A stretch of 64,000 nt of DNA from the NCBI GenBank assembly GCA_017616855.1, contig JAFZXI010000010.1, positions 5,489-69,488 of the forward strand. Reading direction: 5' to 3'. Of this stretch, positions 54,856-64,000 are shown one piece after another; the stretch's first letter is position 1; every line of letters begins with the position of its first letter. The stretch is from Clostridia bacterium. GTDB lineage: Bacteria > Bacillota > Clostridia > Oscillospirales > RGIG8002. The position numbers and the translations under genes are program-made. Under the pieces are notes generated by a model. It did not search any database. It saw only the letters and a list, made by a program, of their open reading frames with translations, and was not told where the DNA came from.

Positions 54856-57102
54856 TCATTTCTCCGGTATCAGGCCCGCCTTGCGCATCAGCGAGGCGTA
54901 TTTTTCGGGATCGAACGGCGGATCGCCGTGGAGGTAGTGATTGACGCCATGTCTGCCGGACGTCAGTCCGCTCGAGCGGTAGTCCCATTCGAGCAGGTAG
55001 ACCTCGCCCTTTTCGGCGGCGGGGAGCTTGCAGACGGGAATGCTCGAATTGTAGGCGACCGCGATGCGTCCCTCGGTCAGCGTTCTGCCGCTGCCTACGT
55101 CGCTGACGCGGTATTCGGCGTAGGATTCGTTCTCGGTATTGTTTATCACGCGCAGGGTCATTTCGTCGTCAATAAGCAGGCAGAGCGGCTGCTGCAGGCG
55201 CTTGATGAAGTCGTAGGCGAGGCGCCTGTCGAGGTCGTAGCCGACGACGGCGTTATCGAACTGCGGCCAGCCGTCGAGCAGGTTCCACCAGAGGATGCCG
55301 GTGCGGCGCCACTTCTGCGCGAGGAAGACCTCGATGAAATGCTTCATCGCCTCCGCCTGCGAGACCTGGCTCGCGAAGACGAAGTCCTCGAGCGTTTCAG
55401 GCGTTCTGCCGAAGATGTAGTTCGCCTGCGCGTTCAGGCGTTGATTGCAAAGCGGATCGGGCTCGCGCCACGTATCCGTCGAGTGGGTTATCCACTGGCT
55501 GCCCGTTCTGTCGTCTATCGCGTCGGGAGTGATGAAACGGCGCACGGACTCCGCCGACGGGCTGCCGTAGTATCCGATCTCGCTGACGAAGTTCGCGACG
55601 GCGTTTTTGTAAAACTCCGAGCGATAGTAGTCGCGCGGACCCCAGAGGTGGTTTTCGGGGCAGAGATGCGTGCCCTTTTCGACGCATTCGCGGTCGAAAT
55701 ACGGCGAGGACGGGATATAAACGCGCGAACGGTCAAGCCGCGCGATGACGTCGGGAAGCACTCCGCGCGTCAGGGCGTTGTCTTCGGGGTCGAGCTGACC
55801 GTCGTACCATTCGCGGCGGATCGCGTCGCCCTCGTTATCGCCCGCCCAGACGATCAGGCAGGGGTGGTTGCGGAGGCGGCGGACCTGGTATTCCGCTTCG
55901 CGCCGGAGGTTCGCTTTGAACTCATCCGTTTCGGGATAGACGGCGCACGCCATCATGAAATCCTGCCAGACGGCGATGCCGTGCTCGTCGCAGAAATCGT
56001 AAAACGCGTCGTCTTCGTATATGCCGCCGCCCCAGACGCGGACGGTGTTGCAGTTCAGGTCTTCGAGCAGGTCGAGCGCGACCGGAAGCCGCTCCGAACA
56101 GCGCGAAAGCACCGCGTGCGCGGGGACGTGGTTCGTGCCGAGGCAGAACATTTTGTTGCCGTTTATCTTAAAGCAGAACTCGCCGCTCCCCTGCGCGTCC
56201 GTTACGGAGGTGCGGTCGAGCGTCGCTGTGCGGATGCCGGCTTTCAGCGTCTTCGTTTCGACGGTTTCGCCGCCGCGGACGAGCTCGACCTTCACGTCAT
56301 AAAGATTGGGCTTGCCCATGCCCTTCGGCGCCCAGAGCATCGGGTCTGGGACGTCGATATCGACTCCGCCTGCGCCGGCGGGCGCGGAAGCGCGGAAGGC
56401 GCTTCTGCCGCAGGCGCCGGAGACGACGACTTCGCCGCCTTCTTCGGTCTCGTATTCGACGCGGACGACCGCCTTGCGCCAGACGACCTCTTTCGTGTAG
56501 AAATACACGCTCTTTATCAGTTCGGGCGTTTTATTCACGAGCGAAACGCCTTTAAAAATCGCGCCGCACATCAGCCGCGGGAAGATGTCCCAGCCGTGTG
56601 TGAACGGCGGCTTGCGGAGGGTCACGGCGCCGTCGCGGTAATACGGCAGGCCGTATTCCCACGCGGCGGGGGCGGCGTCCTCGAGCACCGCCGATGGCAG
56701 GATGTGCACGAGCAGCTCGTTTTTGCCCTCGCGGACGCCTTCGGCGGCGAACTCGTGCGGAATAAAAGCGTTATCCGTTTCGCCGAGCTTCACGCCGTTG
56801 AGGAAGACTTCGGCGACGGTGTCGACGCCGTCGAAGCGCAGCGTCGGGACACCCTCCGCGGGCGTGTAGTCGAAAGTGCGCGCGTACCACAGGTGCTTGC
56901 GCTCGTACGCCTGCGCCTTCAGCACGTTATCGCCGACGAAAAGCTCCGGCAGCACGCCGATGCGCTCGAGTGTCGCCTCCAGCGTTTCCGGTATCAGCGC
57001 GGTCAGCGGTTTTATGGCGGAAAGCTCCGCTTCTGTTTTGACATCAAGCGGTGCGTCGCTCATATAGAGGCGCCATTCGCCGTTAAGGTCGATAATTCGC
57101 AT
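54856..57102 (-). CDS. Glycoside hydrolase family 2, beta-mannosidase-like
   Basis: NTVRVWGGGIYEDDAFYDFCDEHGIAVWQDFMMAC and WAGDNEG (acid/base Glu) blocks. The start is taken at ATG 57102 (GGAG upstream). Confidence 0.75.
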   Translation of the reverse strand: MRIIDLNGEWRLYMSDAPLDVKTEAELSAIKPLTALIPETLEATLERIGVLPELFVGDNVLKAQAYERKHLWYARTFDYTPAEGVPTLRFDGVDTVAEVFLNGVKLGETDNAFIPHEFAAEGVREGKNELLVHILPSAVLEDAAPAAWEYGLPYYRDGAVTLRKPPFTHGWDIFPRLMCGAIFKGVSLVNKTPELIKSVYFYTKEVVWRKAVVRVEYETEEGGEVVVSGACGRSAFRASAPAGAGGVDIDVPDPMLWAPKGMGKPNLYDVKVELVRGGETVETKTLKAGIRTATLDRTSVTDAQGSGEFCFKINGNKMFCLGTNHVPAHAVLSRCSERLPVALDLLEDLNCNTVRVWGGGIYEDDAFYDFCDEHGIAVWQDFMMACAVYPETDEFKANLRREAEYQVRRLRNHPCLIVWAGDNEGDAIRREWYDGQLDPEDNALTRGVLPDVIARLDRSRVYIPSSPYFDRECVEKGTHLCPENHLWGPRDYYRSEFYKNAVANFVSEIGYYGSPSAESVRRFITPDAIDDRTGSQWITHSTDTWREPDPLCNQRLNAQANYIFGRTPETLEDFVFASQVSQAEAMKHFIEVFLAQKWRRTGILWWNLLDGWPQFDNAVVGYDLDRRLAYDFIKRLQQPLCLLIDDEMTLRVINNTENESYAEYRVSDVGSGRTLTEGRIAVAYNSSIPVCKLPAAEKGEVYLLEWDYRSSGLTSGRHGVNHYLHGDPPFDPEKYASLMRKAGLIPEK

Positions 57103-57157
57103 AAGTATCTCCTCGGTATTCAAAAGCGGCGGACAAACGAATGCCCGCCGCCGTTTT

Positions 57158-58402
57158 TTATCCTTCCCAGCTGTCGAGATACGCCTTCTGAGCGTCGGTC
57201 AGGCGGTCGTATTCGATGCCGAGCGCCTTCAGCTTGGCGTTGGCGACCGCGACGTCGATCTCAGCGGGGACGCCGATGACGCCGGGCTTCAGCTCATCCT
57301 TGTGCTTCAGTACGTACTCGGCGGAAAGCGCCTGCAGCGCGAAGCTCAGGTCCATTATCTCGGCGGGGTGTCCGTCGCCCGCGGCGAGGTTGACGAGGCG
57401 GCCTTCGGCGATGACGTTGACGGTCCTGCCGTTCTTCAGCGTGTAGCCCATGATATTGTTGCGGCGCAGCTCCTTCTTGACCGCAATCTTTTCGAGCTCC
57501 GCGACCGCGACTTCGACGTCGAAGTGGCCCGCGTTGCACATAATCGCGCCGTCCTTCATAAGCGCGAAATGCTCCGCGCTGATGACGTCGCGGCAGCCGG
57601 TGACGGTGACGAAGAAGTCGCCGACCTTGGCGGCCTTCGCCATCGGCATGACCTCGAAGCCGTCCATATACGCCTCGATCGCCTTTATCGGATCGACCTC
57701 GGTCACGACGACCTTCGCGCCGAAGCCCTTGGCGCGCATCGCGACGCCCTTGCCGCACCAGCCGTAGCCGGCGACGACGACGGTCTTGCCCGCGACGATG
57801 AGGTTCGTCGTGCGGTTGATGCCGTCCCAGACGGACTGGCCGGTGCCGTAGCGGTTATCGAAAAGGTATTTGCACTGCGCGTTGTTGACGGCGATCATCG
57901 GGAACTTGAGCTCCCCGGCCTTCGCCATCGCTTTGAGGCGGACGATGCCGGTGGTGGTCTCCTCACAGCCGCCGTAGACGTTCGGAAGCAGGTCGGTGCG
58001 CTTTGTATGCACCATGTGCACGAGGTCTCCGCCGTCGTCGATAATGATATTCGGACCGTGGTCGAGCGCCGCTTCGATGTGGGTGGCGTACTCCTCGGGC
58101 GTGGCATTGTAGAAGGCGAAGGTCTCGATGCCCTTTGAAACGAGCGCGGCGGCGACGTCGTCCTGCGTCGAAAGCGGGTTGCTGCCGGTCGCGCGGATGT
58201 CCGCGCCGCCCGCGGCGAGCACGGTCACGAGGTAGGCGGTCTTGGCTTCAAGATGCACCGAAAGCGTGACCTTTGTGCCGGCGAAGGGGCGTTCTTTTAT
58301 AAAGCGTTCCTCGATGGAACGGAGCAGCGGCATGTTGCTGCGCACCCAGTCGATTTTGCGGAGTCCGCTGTCTTTGAGTTCGATATCTCTGATAATTGAC
58401 AT
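57158..58402 (-). CDS. ahcY: Adenosylhomocysteinase
   Basis: Characteristic N-terminus (IDWVRSNMPLL) and NAD-binding VVAGYGWCGKG. Confidence 0.9.
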   Translation of the reverse strand: MSIIRDIELKDSGLRKIDWVRSNMPLLRSIEERFIKERPFAGTKVTLSVHLEAKTAYLVTVLAAGGADIRATGSNPLSTQDDVAAALVSKGIETFAFYNATPEEYATHIEAALDHGPNIIIDDGGDLVHMVHTKRTDLLPNVYGGCEETTTGIVRLKAMAKAGELKFPMIAVNNAQCKYLFDNRYGTGQSVWDGINRTTNLIVAGKTVVVAGYGWCGKGVAMRAKGFGAKVVVTEVDPIKAIEAYMDGFEVMPMAKAAKVGDFFVTVTGCRDVISAEHFALMKDGAIMCNAGHFDVEVAVAELEKIAVKKELRRNNIMGYTLKNGRTVNVIAEGRLVNLAAGDGHPAEIMDLSFALQALSAEYVLKHKDELKPGVIGVPAEIDVAVANAKLKALGIEYDRLTDAQKAYLDSWEG

Positions 58403-58418
58403 ATTCTTCCTCCCTGCT

Positions 58419-59249
58419 TTACAGTTTCTCGATTACTGCGGTGACGAGCTTGATGAAGTCGCCCATCACGCGATTCGCGGTGTCGAGCACCTCCTGGTGC
58501 GTAAGCTCCTTGCCGGTGATGCCGGCGGCCATGTTCGTGATGCAGGATATAGCGAGGGTTTCCATACCGGCGTGGCGAGCGGCGATGACCTCGGGAACGG
58601 TGGACATTCCGACGGCGTCGGCGCCGAGCAGCTTATACATACGAATCTCGGCGGGAGTCTCGTACTGCGCGCCCTTGGTGTAGGCGTAAACGCCTTCGCA
58701 AAGCCGCACGCCCTGCTCCTTCGCGGCCTCGCGCGCTTTTTCCATCATGTCGCGCGAATACGCAAACGTCATATCGGGGAAACGGGGGCCGAGCTCCTCG
58801 ACGTTCGCGCCCCAGAGCACGGGCGGAGCGTTGAAGCCCAGGTGGTCGGTTATCATCATCAGCGCGCCCTCGGCGAAATCGAGGTTTATTCCGCCGGCGG
58901 CGTTTGTGAGAATAAGCTTCTTTATGCCGAGCTTGGCGAACGCGCGGATCGGAAGCACGGTGTCGAGCACGTCGTAGCCCTCGTAGCAGTGGAGGCGTCC
59001 CTTCATGAGAAGCACCTTTTTGCCGCCGATCTCCTTGAGCACGAGCTTGCCGCTGTGACCCGGAGCGGTTGACTGCCTGAACGCGGGGATATCCGCGTAG
59101 TCGATGACCTTGATGGCTTCGCCCTCGGCAAGCGGCGCGAGGCCTGAGCCGAGTACCACGGCGCAATCCGGAACGCAGCCGAGCTGCTTGCGAATGAATT
59201 CTGCCGCGATGTTGAAACCGAAGACGTGTTGTCTCATTACTTCATTCAT
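58419..59249 (-). CDS. Purine nucleoside phosphorylase (PNP/MTAP family, PunA-like)
   Basis: VLGSGL, GHSGKLV, GRLHCYEGY and GMSTVPEVIAA blocks. Confidence 0.8.
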   Translation of the reverse strand: MNEVMRQHVFGFNIAAEFIRKQLGCVPDCAVVLGSGLAPLAEGEAIKVIDYADIPAFRQSTAPGHSGKLVLKEIGGKKVLLMKGRLHCYEGYDVLDTVLPIRAFAKLGIKKLILTNAAGGINLDFAEGALMMITDHLGFNAPPVLWGANVEELGPRFPDMTFAYSRDMMEKAREAAKEQGVRLCEGVYAYTKGAQYETPAEIRMYKLLGADAVGMSTVPEVIAARHAGMETLAISCITNMAAGITGKELTHQEVLDTANRVMGDFIKLVTAVIEKL

Positions 59250-59315
59250 GATTCTTCCCCCATATTTTTGTCTTTGATTTGATTATATCATAACGGAAAA
59301 CGCTATGCAACCGGT

Positions 59316-60122
59316 TTACAGCGCGTTTTCGGAAATCGTGCGGCGCAGGAAGTTCGCGGCGTGGGCGATATCCTCCTCCGGCTTCTCCCCTACCTCGCGC
59401 TCGATCGTCAGGAAGCCGCGGTAGCCGATTTCCTTCAGCGCTTTCAGATAGTTCGGGAAGTCGACTCCGCCTTCGCCGAGCGGGAGTTCGCGCCAGCCCC
59501 AGCGCGCCGTCGGATCCGGCACGCCGTCCTTGGCGTGGGTGTGGACGATGTAGTCTTTCAGCGTGTAGACGCCGGCGACGGGGTCGTCCTGTATGCACAT
59601 CCAGAGGTTCGCGGGGTCGAAGTTGACCGCGACGCCGGTGGAGCCGAGCGTATCGAGAAACTCCTTGAGCACTACGCAGGTCTCCTTGCCGGTCTCAAGC
59701 GCGAAGTGGGCGTTCATACTGTCTGCGTACTGCGCGAGCTCGTAGCAGGCGGACTGTATCATCTCGTAGTCTTTGTTGTTCTTATCCTCGGGGATATTGC
59801 CGACGTGGGTAGTAACGATATTGGTGCCGAGCTCGACGGCGAGGTCGAGTATGCGCCTGGAAAACTCTATCTTCTGCGCACGATCCTGTCCCTCGGCGAA
59901 ACTGCCTATCTCGCCGCAGAGCGCGGACAGGATAAGCCCGTTAGACTCGATAAAATCGACGAATTCGCGGCGCTGCGCGCTCGTCATATCCGGCGAAACT
60001 TCGCCGCCGGTAGCATAGACCTGTACGCCCTGAAGCCCCAGCGCCTTCGCCTTTTTGATTGCGGAACGCACGTCGGTACGGAATCCGTCTGCAAGACATC
60101 CGATTCTGAAGGTTTCACTCAT
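59316..60122 (-). CDS. Sugar phosphate isomerase/epimerase (xylose-isomerase-like TIM barrel)
   Basis: Family-typical length and HxKD...E blocks (IVHTHAKDG, LTIEREV). Confidence 0.7.
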   Translation of the reverse strand: MSETFRIGCLADGFRTDVRSAIKKAKALGLQGVQVYATGGEVSPDMTSAQRREFVDFIESNGLILSALCGEIGSFAEGQDRAQKIEFSRRILDLAVELGTNIVTTHVGNIPEDKNNKDYEMIQSACYELAQYADSMNAHFALETGKETCVVLKEFLDTLGSTGVAVNFDPANLWMCIQDDPVAGVYTLKDYIVHTHAKDGVPDPTARWGWRELPLGEGGVDFPNYLKALKEIGYRGFLTIEREVGEKPEEDIAHAANFLRRTISENAL

Positions 60123-60143
60123 TTTGATTACCCCGTTTCTGTG

Positions 60144-63100
60144 TTATTTGGAGAAATACTCGACCACGCCGTCGGCGATCGCCTTGGCGAGCTTGGCGGT
60201 GCTTCCCTCCGTCATCAGCCATTCGGAATCCTTGACGTTGGAGAGGAAGCCGCATTCGAGCAGGATTGACATGAACTCGTGATTGCGGTAGACAAACACG
60301 TTCTGATATTTTCCGCCGCGGTTGTTCATTCCGCTGACGTCCGACATCTTATCGGCAACGGTCTGCGCGAGCTTTTGGTTGAAGCCGTAGAAGTAAAGCG
60401 CTTCGGTGCCGTTGCCGGAGGCGGACGGACTGTAGTTATGATGTACGCTTATCAGAATATCCACGTTGAAGGAGGAAATCAGCTCAAGGCGCTTCGGGCG
60501 CAGCGTGGAGGAGGTTATCGGCGTTCCGTCGACGTAGGACTGGTTGTTCGTGCGCGTCATGAAGACGGTGGCGCCGAGGGATTCGAGCTCCGAGCGGAGC
60601 GCGAGCGCGACCTTGAGGTTTTCGTTCGCTTCATATATATTCTTGTTGAGGCCCTTCGCGCCGGCGTCGACGCCGCCGTGACCGGGGTCGAGGCAGATGC
60701 GTATGCCGTCGAGCCGCCCGCCGCTCGAGCGGATCGGGTTGCGCAGGCGGACGACGAGCTTGCCGTTATCGTCGAAGTAGCTGGTGAAGCCGTAGAATCC
60801 GCCGTTTTTGCTCAGCGTGAAAGAGTAGGTCACTGTGCCGGCCTCTTCGTCCTCGGACGAGGAGGTGAAGCTCATCAGCGGCGAAGAGCCGGCGACCTTC
60901 GCTTTGCCCTCGGTATTGCAGAGCGTGAAGTCGACGCGGCTGAAACTGCCTGACGTCGCCGTCGTCGCGGTGGTGTCGCCCGACGGGTAAAGCCCGCGCA
61001 TCGTGAGCGTATACGGCACCTTCTGCGAGGTATTGAAGGTCAGATACGTATACCTGCCGGAATCGGTCAGAGTCACGCCGGAGACCTTGTTGACGGGGAT
61101 CTCGCCTTCTTCGACCTCGACGTCGTCCTGGTAAACGCGCAGGCCGCATCTGAGGATATAATACTTCTTCGTCACACCGTCGCCGTTATAGGTCGACTCG
61201 CCGACGATGTAGTCCCTGGTGCCCTTCGGCAGCCAGAAATACTGAGGCAGACTCGTATCGCTGTTGACCGGCTCGCCGCGGAAGCTTTCCGCGGTTTCCG
61301 CCTTTACGACGGCGATGTTGCCGACGCTGTTCGGTATCGGCTCGACGGTGACGCTCGCGCCGGTCAAGCTCTTGGCAAATCCCTCAAACGACGCGGTGAC
61401 GCGGGCGGAGCCGATGGAGTACGGTTCCTCCTGCGATTCGGGCACGGTGAACTCGCCGACGAAGGTCGAGAAAACGTTCGCGGAGCCGACCGCTTCGTAA
61501 GGAAGCGACTGCTCGGTGAATCTGACCGTTTCGCCGTTGAGCGAGCCGGTAACCTTCGCTCCCTTGCGGGCGACGACGGAGAATTCGACCTTGCTGCCGC
61601 CCATGACGGAAATCTGGCCGGTCGGCGCGATATCCTTGATAACAACGAGGTTGTAATTCACGGTGCGCGTAATCGTCTGTCCCTTGTGCTCGACGGTTAT
61701 CGTGTTTTTGCCGGGCGACAGCTCGATATCGGAAGCGAAGAAGCCGCGCTCGGTCGGCTCGACCTTCTTGCCGTTAATGCGGATATCGAAGTTATTGTCG
61801 CAGGTGCCGCTGACGGCGATAGTCGGTAAATCGACGGTTATTCCGTCGGCGGGCGAAGTGAGTTTCAGCTCCTCGTCCGCGATGCCGAAATCGATCGTAT
61901 TGTTGAAAACCATATAGAGAAGCTCGGCTTCCTCGGAATGCTCGACGAGCGCGTCGTAATCCGAGAATATGCCGCTGACGCTTCCCGCGATGCTCGCGGC
62001 GTCATACTGGTTCGCGAGTTCGTAGTATCCGCTCCACTCGGGCGAGGAGCCGATCTTTTCCGCGTCGTAGCCGCAGACGAGGCGGACGCCCGTCCGCTGC
62101 TCCACGCTGCGCCACCAGTCGAGCGCGATAAGGAACTCGTCGTTTTCTGCCATCGAGGCGCGGTTATCGACGACTGCGAAGTCCATATATCCCTTCTCGC
62201 ACCAGGAGAGCGTATCCGCGCAGCCCTTGCCGAGATCGGTATAGCTCTGGTTTATATCTACGCCGCGCGGGTCGGACGTTACCGTCTGCCAGACCCTGTT
62301 CGCGCGGATACCGAATCCGATATCGTCAAACGATTCGCCCATCAGCTTCGACACGGAAGCGACGAGCAGGCCTGTGCAGCGGCGGTGAAGCTCCGACGCG
62401 GTCATGCCCGGGAAGAGCGTGAAGGCGTCCGGCTCCGCAAGGTTGCGGACGTAATAGATAGGCGCGTCGAGCAGGAAGACGTCCGGCGTGTACTTTTCAA
62501 TCAAGCTCCGCACCTCGCCGAGAACGAAATCGCGCGCGCCGTCGTAAGACGGATTGAGGCGCCGCGCGCCGTTATCCGCTATGTAAATCCAGGACGGGTC
62601 TATGCCGTAGGAAACGACCTGCCGCGACGAGCTCGACGGGTAAAGCAGGCGCTTCCAAAAGCTGCCGCGCACCGTCTTGTACTCCGGCGTGAAGCGGGTT
62701 GCGGCGAAGGCGGCTTCGTCGCTCGCGTTGTTTATCAGCAGGACGTCGGTCTCGAGAATCAGCTTGAGCCCGAGCCCTTCGACGCGCTCGCGCAGGTAGC
62801 CGGCGACGTCGAAATCCTTATCGGAATATATCGAGGTTTTGAACAGAACGTGAGTGAAGCCGTTGGACACCGCGTAGTCGAGCTGCACGTTCAGCAGCGG
62901 AGTCGCGTACTCTTCGTAGCTCCCCTGCTTCGTCTCGCGCAGGTCGCGCTCCGGAACGGTGATTTCCATCGCGCGCATATCCGCCGTTTCGCCCGGCGTC
63001 GCGGAGTATTCGGCGGCGAAAAGGTTATCTTCGTCGCGGCGTATCACGGTGTCGTCATAGTTGACGAAGTTCATGAACTTTTCGTAAACGGACGCAGCAA

Positions 63101-63212
63101 AGCTGCGGGCGTAGCCGTTGAAGAAAACGGCGACGGACGCTCCCGCGACGACGAGTATGACGGCGATGAACGCAATGAGACCGCCTTTTTTCTTTTTGGT
63201 CTTGCCTTCCAT
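60144..63212 (-). CDS. Large membrane-anchored N-acetylmuramoyl-L-alanine amidase (C-terminal Amidase_3) with an N-terminal TIM-barrel-like (GHL10/DUF187-like) region and Ig-like middle repeats
   Basis: The C-terminus has ICLDPGHGG...ISVHHN...EALYF...LLECGFLSN (Amidase_3). N-terminal TM helix. The start is taken at ATG 63212 (AAGGGAG upstream). The N-terminal domain call is weak. Confidence 0.7.
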   Translation of the reverse strand: MEGKTKKKKGGLIAFIAVILVVAGASVAVFFNGYARSFAASVYEKFMNFVNYDDTVIRRDEDNLFAAEYSATPGETADMRAMEITVPERDLRETKQGSYEEYATPLLNVQLDYAVSNGFTHVLFKTSIYSDKDFDVAGYLRERVEGLGLKLILETDVLLINNASDEAAFAATRFTPEYKTVRGSFWKRLLYPSSSSRQVVSYGIDPSWIYIADNGARRLNPSYDGARDFVLGEVRSLIEKYTPDVFLLDAPIYYVRNLAEPDAFTLFPGMTASELHRRCTGLLVASVSKLMGESFDDIGFGIRANRVWQTVTSDPRGVDINQSYTDLGKGCADTLSWCEKGYMDFAVVDNRASMAENDEFLIALDWWRSVEQRTGVRLVCGYDAEKIGSSPEWSGYYELANQYDAASIAGSVSGIFSDYDALVEHSEEAELLYMVFNNTIDFGIADEELKLTSPADGITVDLPTIAVSGTCDNNFDIRINGKKVEPTERGFFASDIELSPGKNTITVEHKGQTITRTVNYNLVVIKDIAPTGQISVMGGSKVEFSVVARKGAKVTGSLNGETVRFTEQSLPYEAVGSANVFSTFVGEFTVPESQEEPYSIGSARVTASFEGFAKSLTGASVTVEPIPNSVGNIAVVKAETAESFRGEPVNSDTSLPQYFWLPKGTRDYIVGESTYNGDGVTKKYYILRCGLRVYQDDVEVEEGEIPVNKVSGVTLTDSGRYTYLTFNTSQKVPYTLTMRGLYPSGDTTATTATSGSFSRVDFTLCNTEGKAKVAGSSPLMSFTSSSEDEEAGTVTYSFTLSKNGGFYGFTSYFDDNGKLVVRLRNPIRSSGGRLDGIRICLDPGHGGVDAGAKGLNKNIYEANENLKVALALRSELESLGATVFMTRTNNQSYVDGTPITSSTLRPKRLELISSFNVDILISVHHNYSPSASGNGTEALYFYGFNQKLAQTVADKMSDVSGMNNRGGKYQNVFVYRNHEFMSILLECGFLSNVKDSEWLMTEGSTAKLAKAIADGVVEYFSK

Positions 63213-63367
63213 CAGCAGCTCCCTTGACACGGCCGGACTCCGACCGCATATCTTTCTAATATAATTATACCATATATTCGATTTTACGCAAGGATTTTTT
63301 CAATATATTGTTTACAATATCCGGAGAAGGTGTTATAATTTATTTATCAAATGAAAGGAATGATTAT

Positions 63368-63982
63368 ATGCTGCTGAAACCGAAAATGAAGATCCTGTTC
63401 CAGGGCGACAGCGTCACCGACTGCGACAGAAGCCGCGAAAACGACGATTATCTCGGCTACGGCTACCCCTCTTACGTCGCCGCGGAGCTGAAGGATATGG
63501 AGCTGACTTTCGTCAACCGCGCGGTCAGCGGCGAGCGCGTCAGCGACGTCTACGCCCGCAGAGAGAAGGATATTTTCGAGGTCAAGCCCGACATTTTCAG
63601 CATTCTCATCGGCGTCAACGACACCTGGCGCAGATACGACGAGAACAATCCGCGCACAGCGGAGGAGTTCGAGACGATCTACCGCGGGCTGCTCGACGAA
63701 GTCAAGGAGCGGCTGCCGGGCGTGCCGATCGTCATAATGGCGCCGTTCGTTCTCGAGGTGCCTGATAAGAAGCACTGGATAACCGAGGACCTCTGCTTCA
63801 AACAGGACGCGGTACGCCGCATCGCGAAGGACTACGCCGACGTGTATATCCCGCTCGACGAGATATTCAAGGCGGAGTTCGACAGGCACGAGGATATTTA
63901 TTACCTCTCCGGCGACGGCGTGCACCCGAACGAGACGGGACATAAGCTTATCGCAAAGAGCTGGATAGACGCGGTAAAGTAG
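63368..63982 (+). CDS. SGNH/GDSL-family hydrolase
   Basis: Block I FQGDSVTD, block III GVND, block V DGVHPN. Confidence 0.8.
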   Translation: MLLKPKMKILFQGDSVTDCDRSRENDDYLGYGYPSYVAAELKDMELTFVNRAVSGERVSDVYARREKDIFEVKPDIFSILIGVNDTWRRYDENNPRTAEEFETIYRGLLDEVKERLPGVPIVIMAPFVLEVPDKKHWITEDLCFKQDAVRRIAKDYADVYIPLDEIFKAEFDRHEDIYYLSGDGVHPNETGHKLIAKSWIDAVK

Positions 63983-64000
63983 TTAACTTCGTGAACTATG

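Overview
This 64-kb window is GC-rich, with GGAGG-type ribosome-binding sites and many long antisense shadow ORFs. It looks like a spore-forming Firmicutes/Clostridia chromosome, given spoVT, a gerA-type germinant receptor operon and an alpha/beta SASP. The dockerin-bearing secreted proteins suggest an Oscillospiraceae/Ruminococcaceae-like organism, but that taxonomic call is inference only. I support about 55 protein genes and 4 tRNAs: Ala-GGC on the + strand, and Arg-TCT, His-GTG and Gln-TTG on the - strand.

Main blocks in order:
- A 5'-partial Cache/HAMP sensor gene, an acyltransferase and an oxidoreductase.
- A nucleoside uptake and salvage cluster (BMP-family ABC transporter, pdp, udk).
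- spoVT, an FTR-like protein and pepF.
- A five-gene Opp/Dpp-type peptide ABC operon.
- An accessory-looking region (22.9-37.3 kb) with three paralogous ECF-sigma/anti-sigma-like pairs, two dockerin proteins (one a 1271-aa S8 protease) and a catalytically dead NlpC/P60 lipoprotein.
- An AT-rich islet next to tRNA-Gln carrying ParE/Phd and an IS3-family transposase.
- A gerA-type operon, SASP and acpP.
- A T-box leader in front of an ACSM-type acyl-CoA synthetase.
- An orphan short glycyl-radical enzyme with its activase.
- A long minus-strand run: SIS, ROK kinase, GH2, ahcY, PNP, a sugar-phosphate isomerase/epimerase and a giant amidase.

The items most worth a second look are:
- The sigma/anti-sigma module whose extracellular sensor domain is duplicated as the cargo of the adjacent dockerin protein.
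- The apparently valine-specific T-box controlling an acyl-activating enzyme.
- The short glycyl-radical enzyme of unknown function.
- Two unusual 'word + GC mini-hairpin' nested palindrome arrays (37.46 kb and 52.08 kb).
- A duplicated tRNA-Ala 3' end.

No CRISPR array or rRNA was seen. All functional calls come from motif and family recognition by eye. No database search was run.
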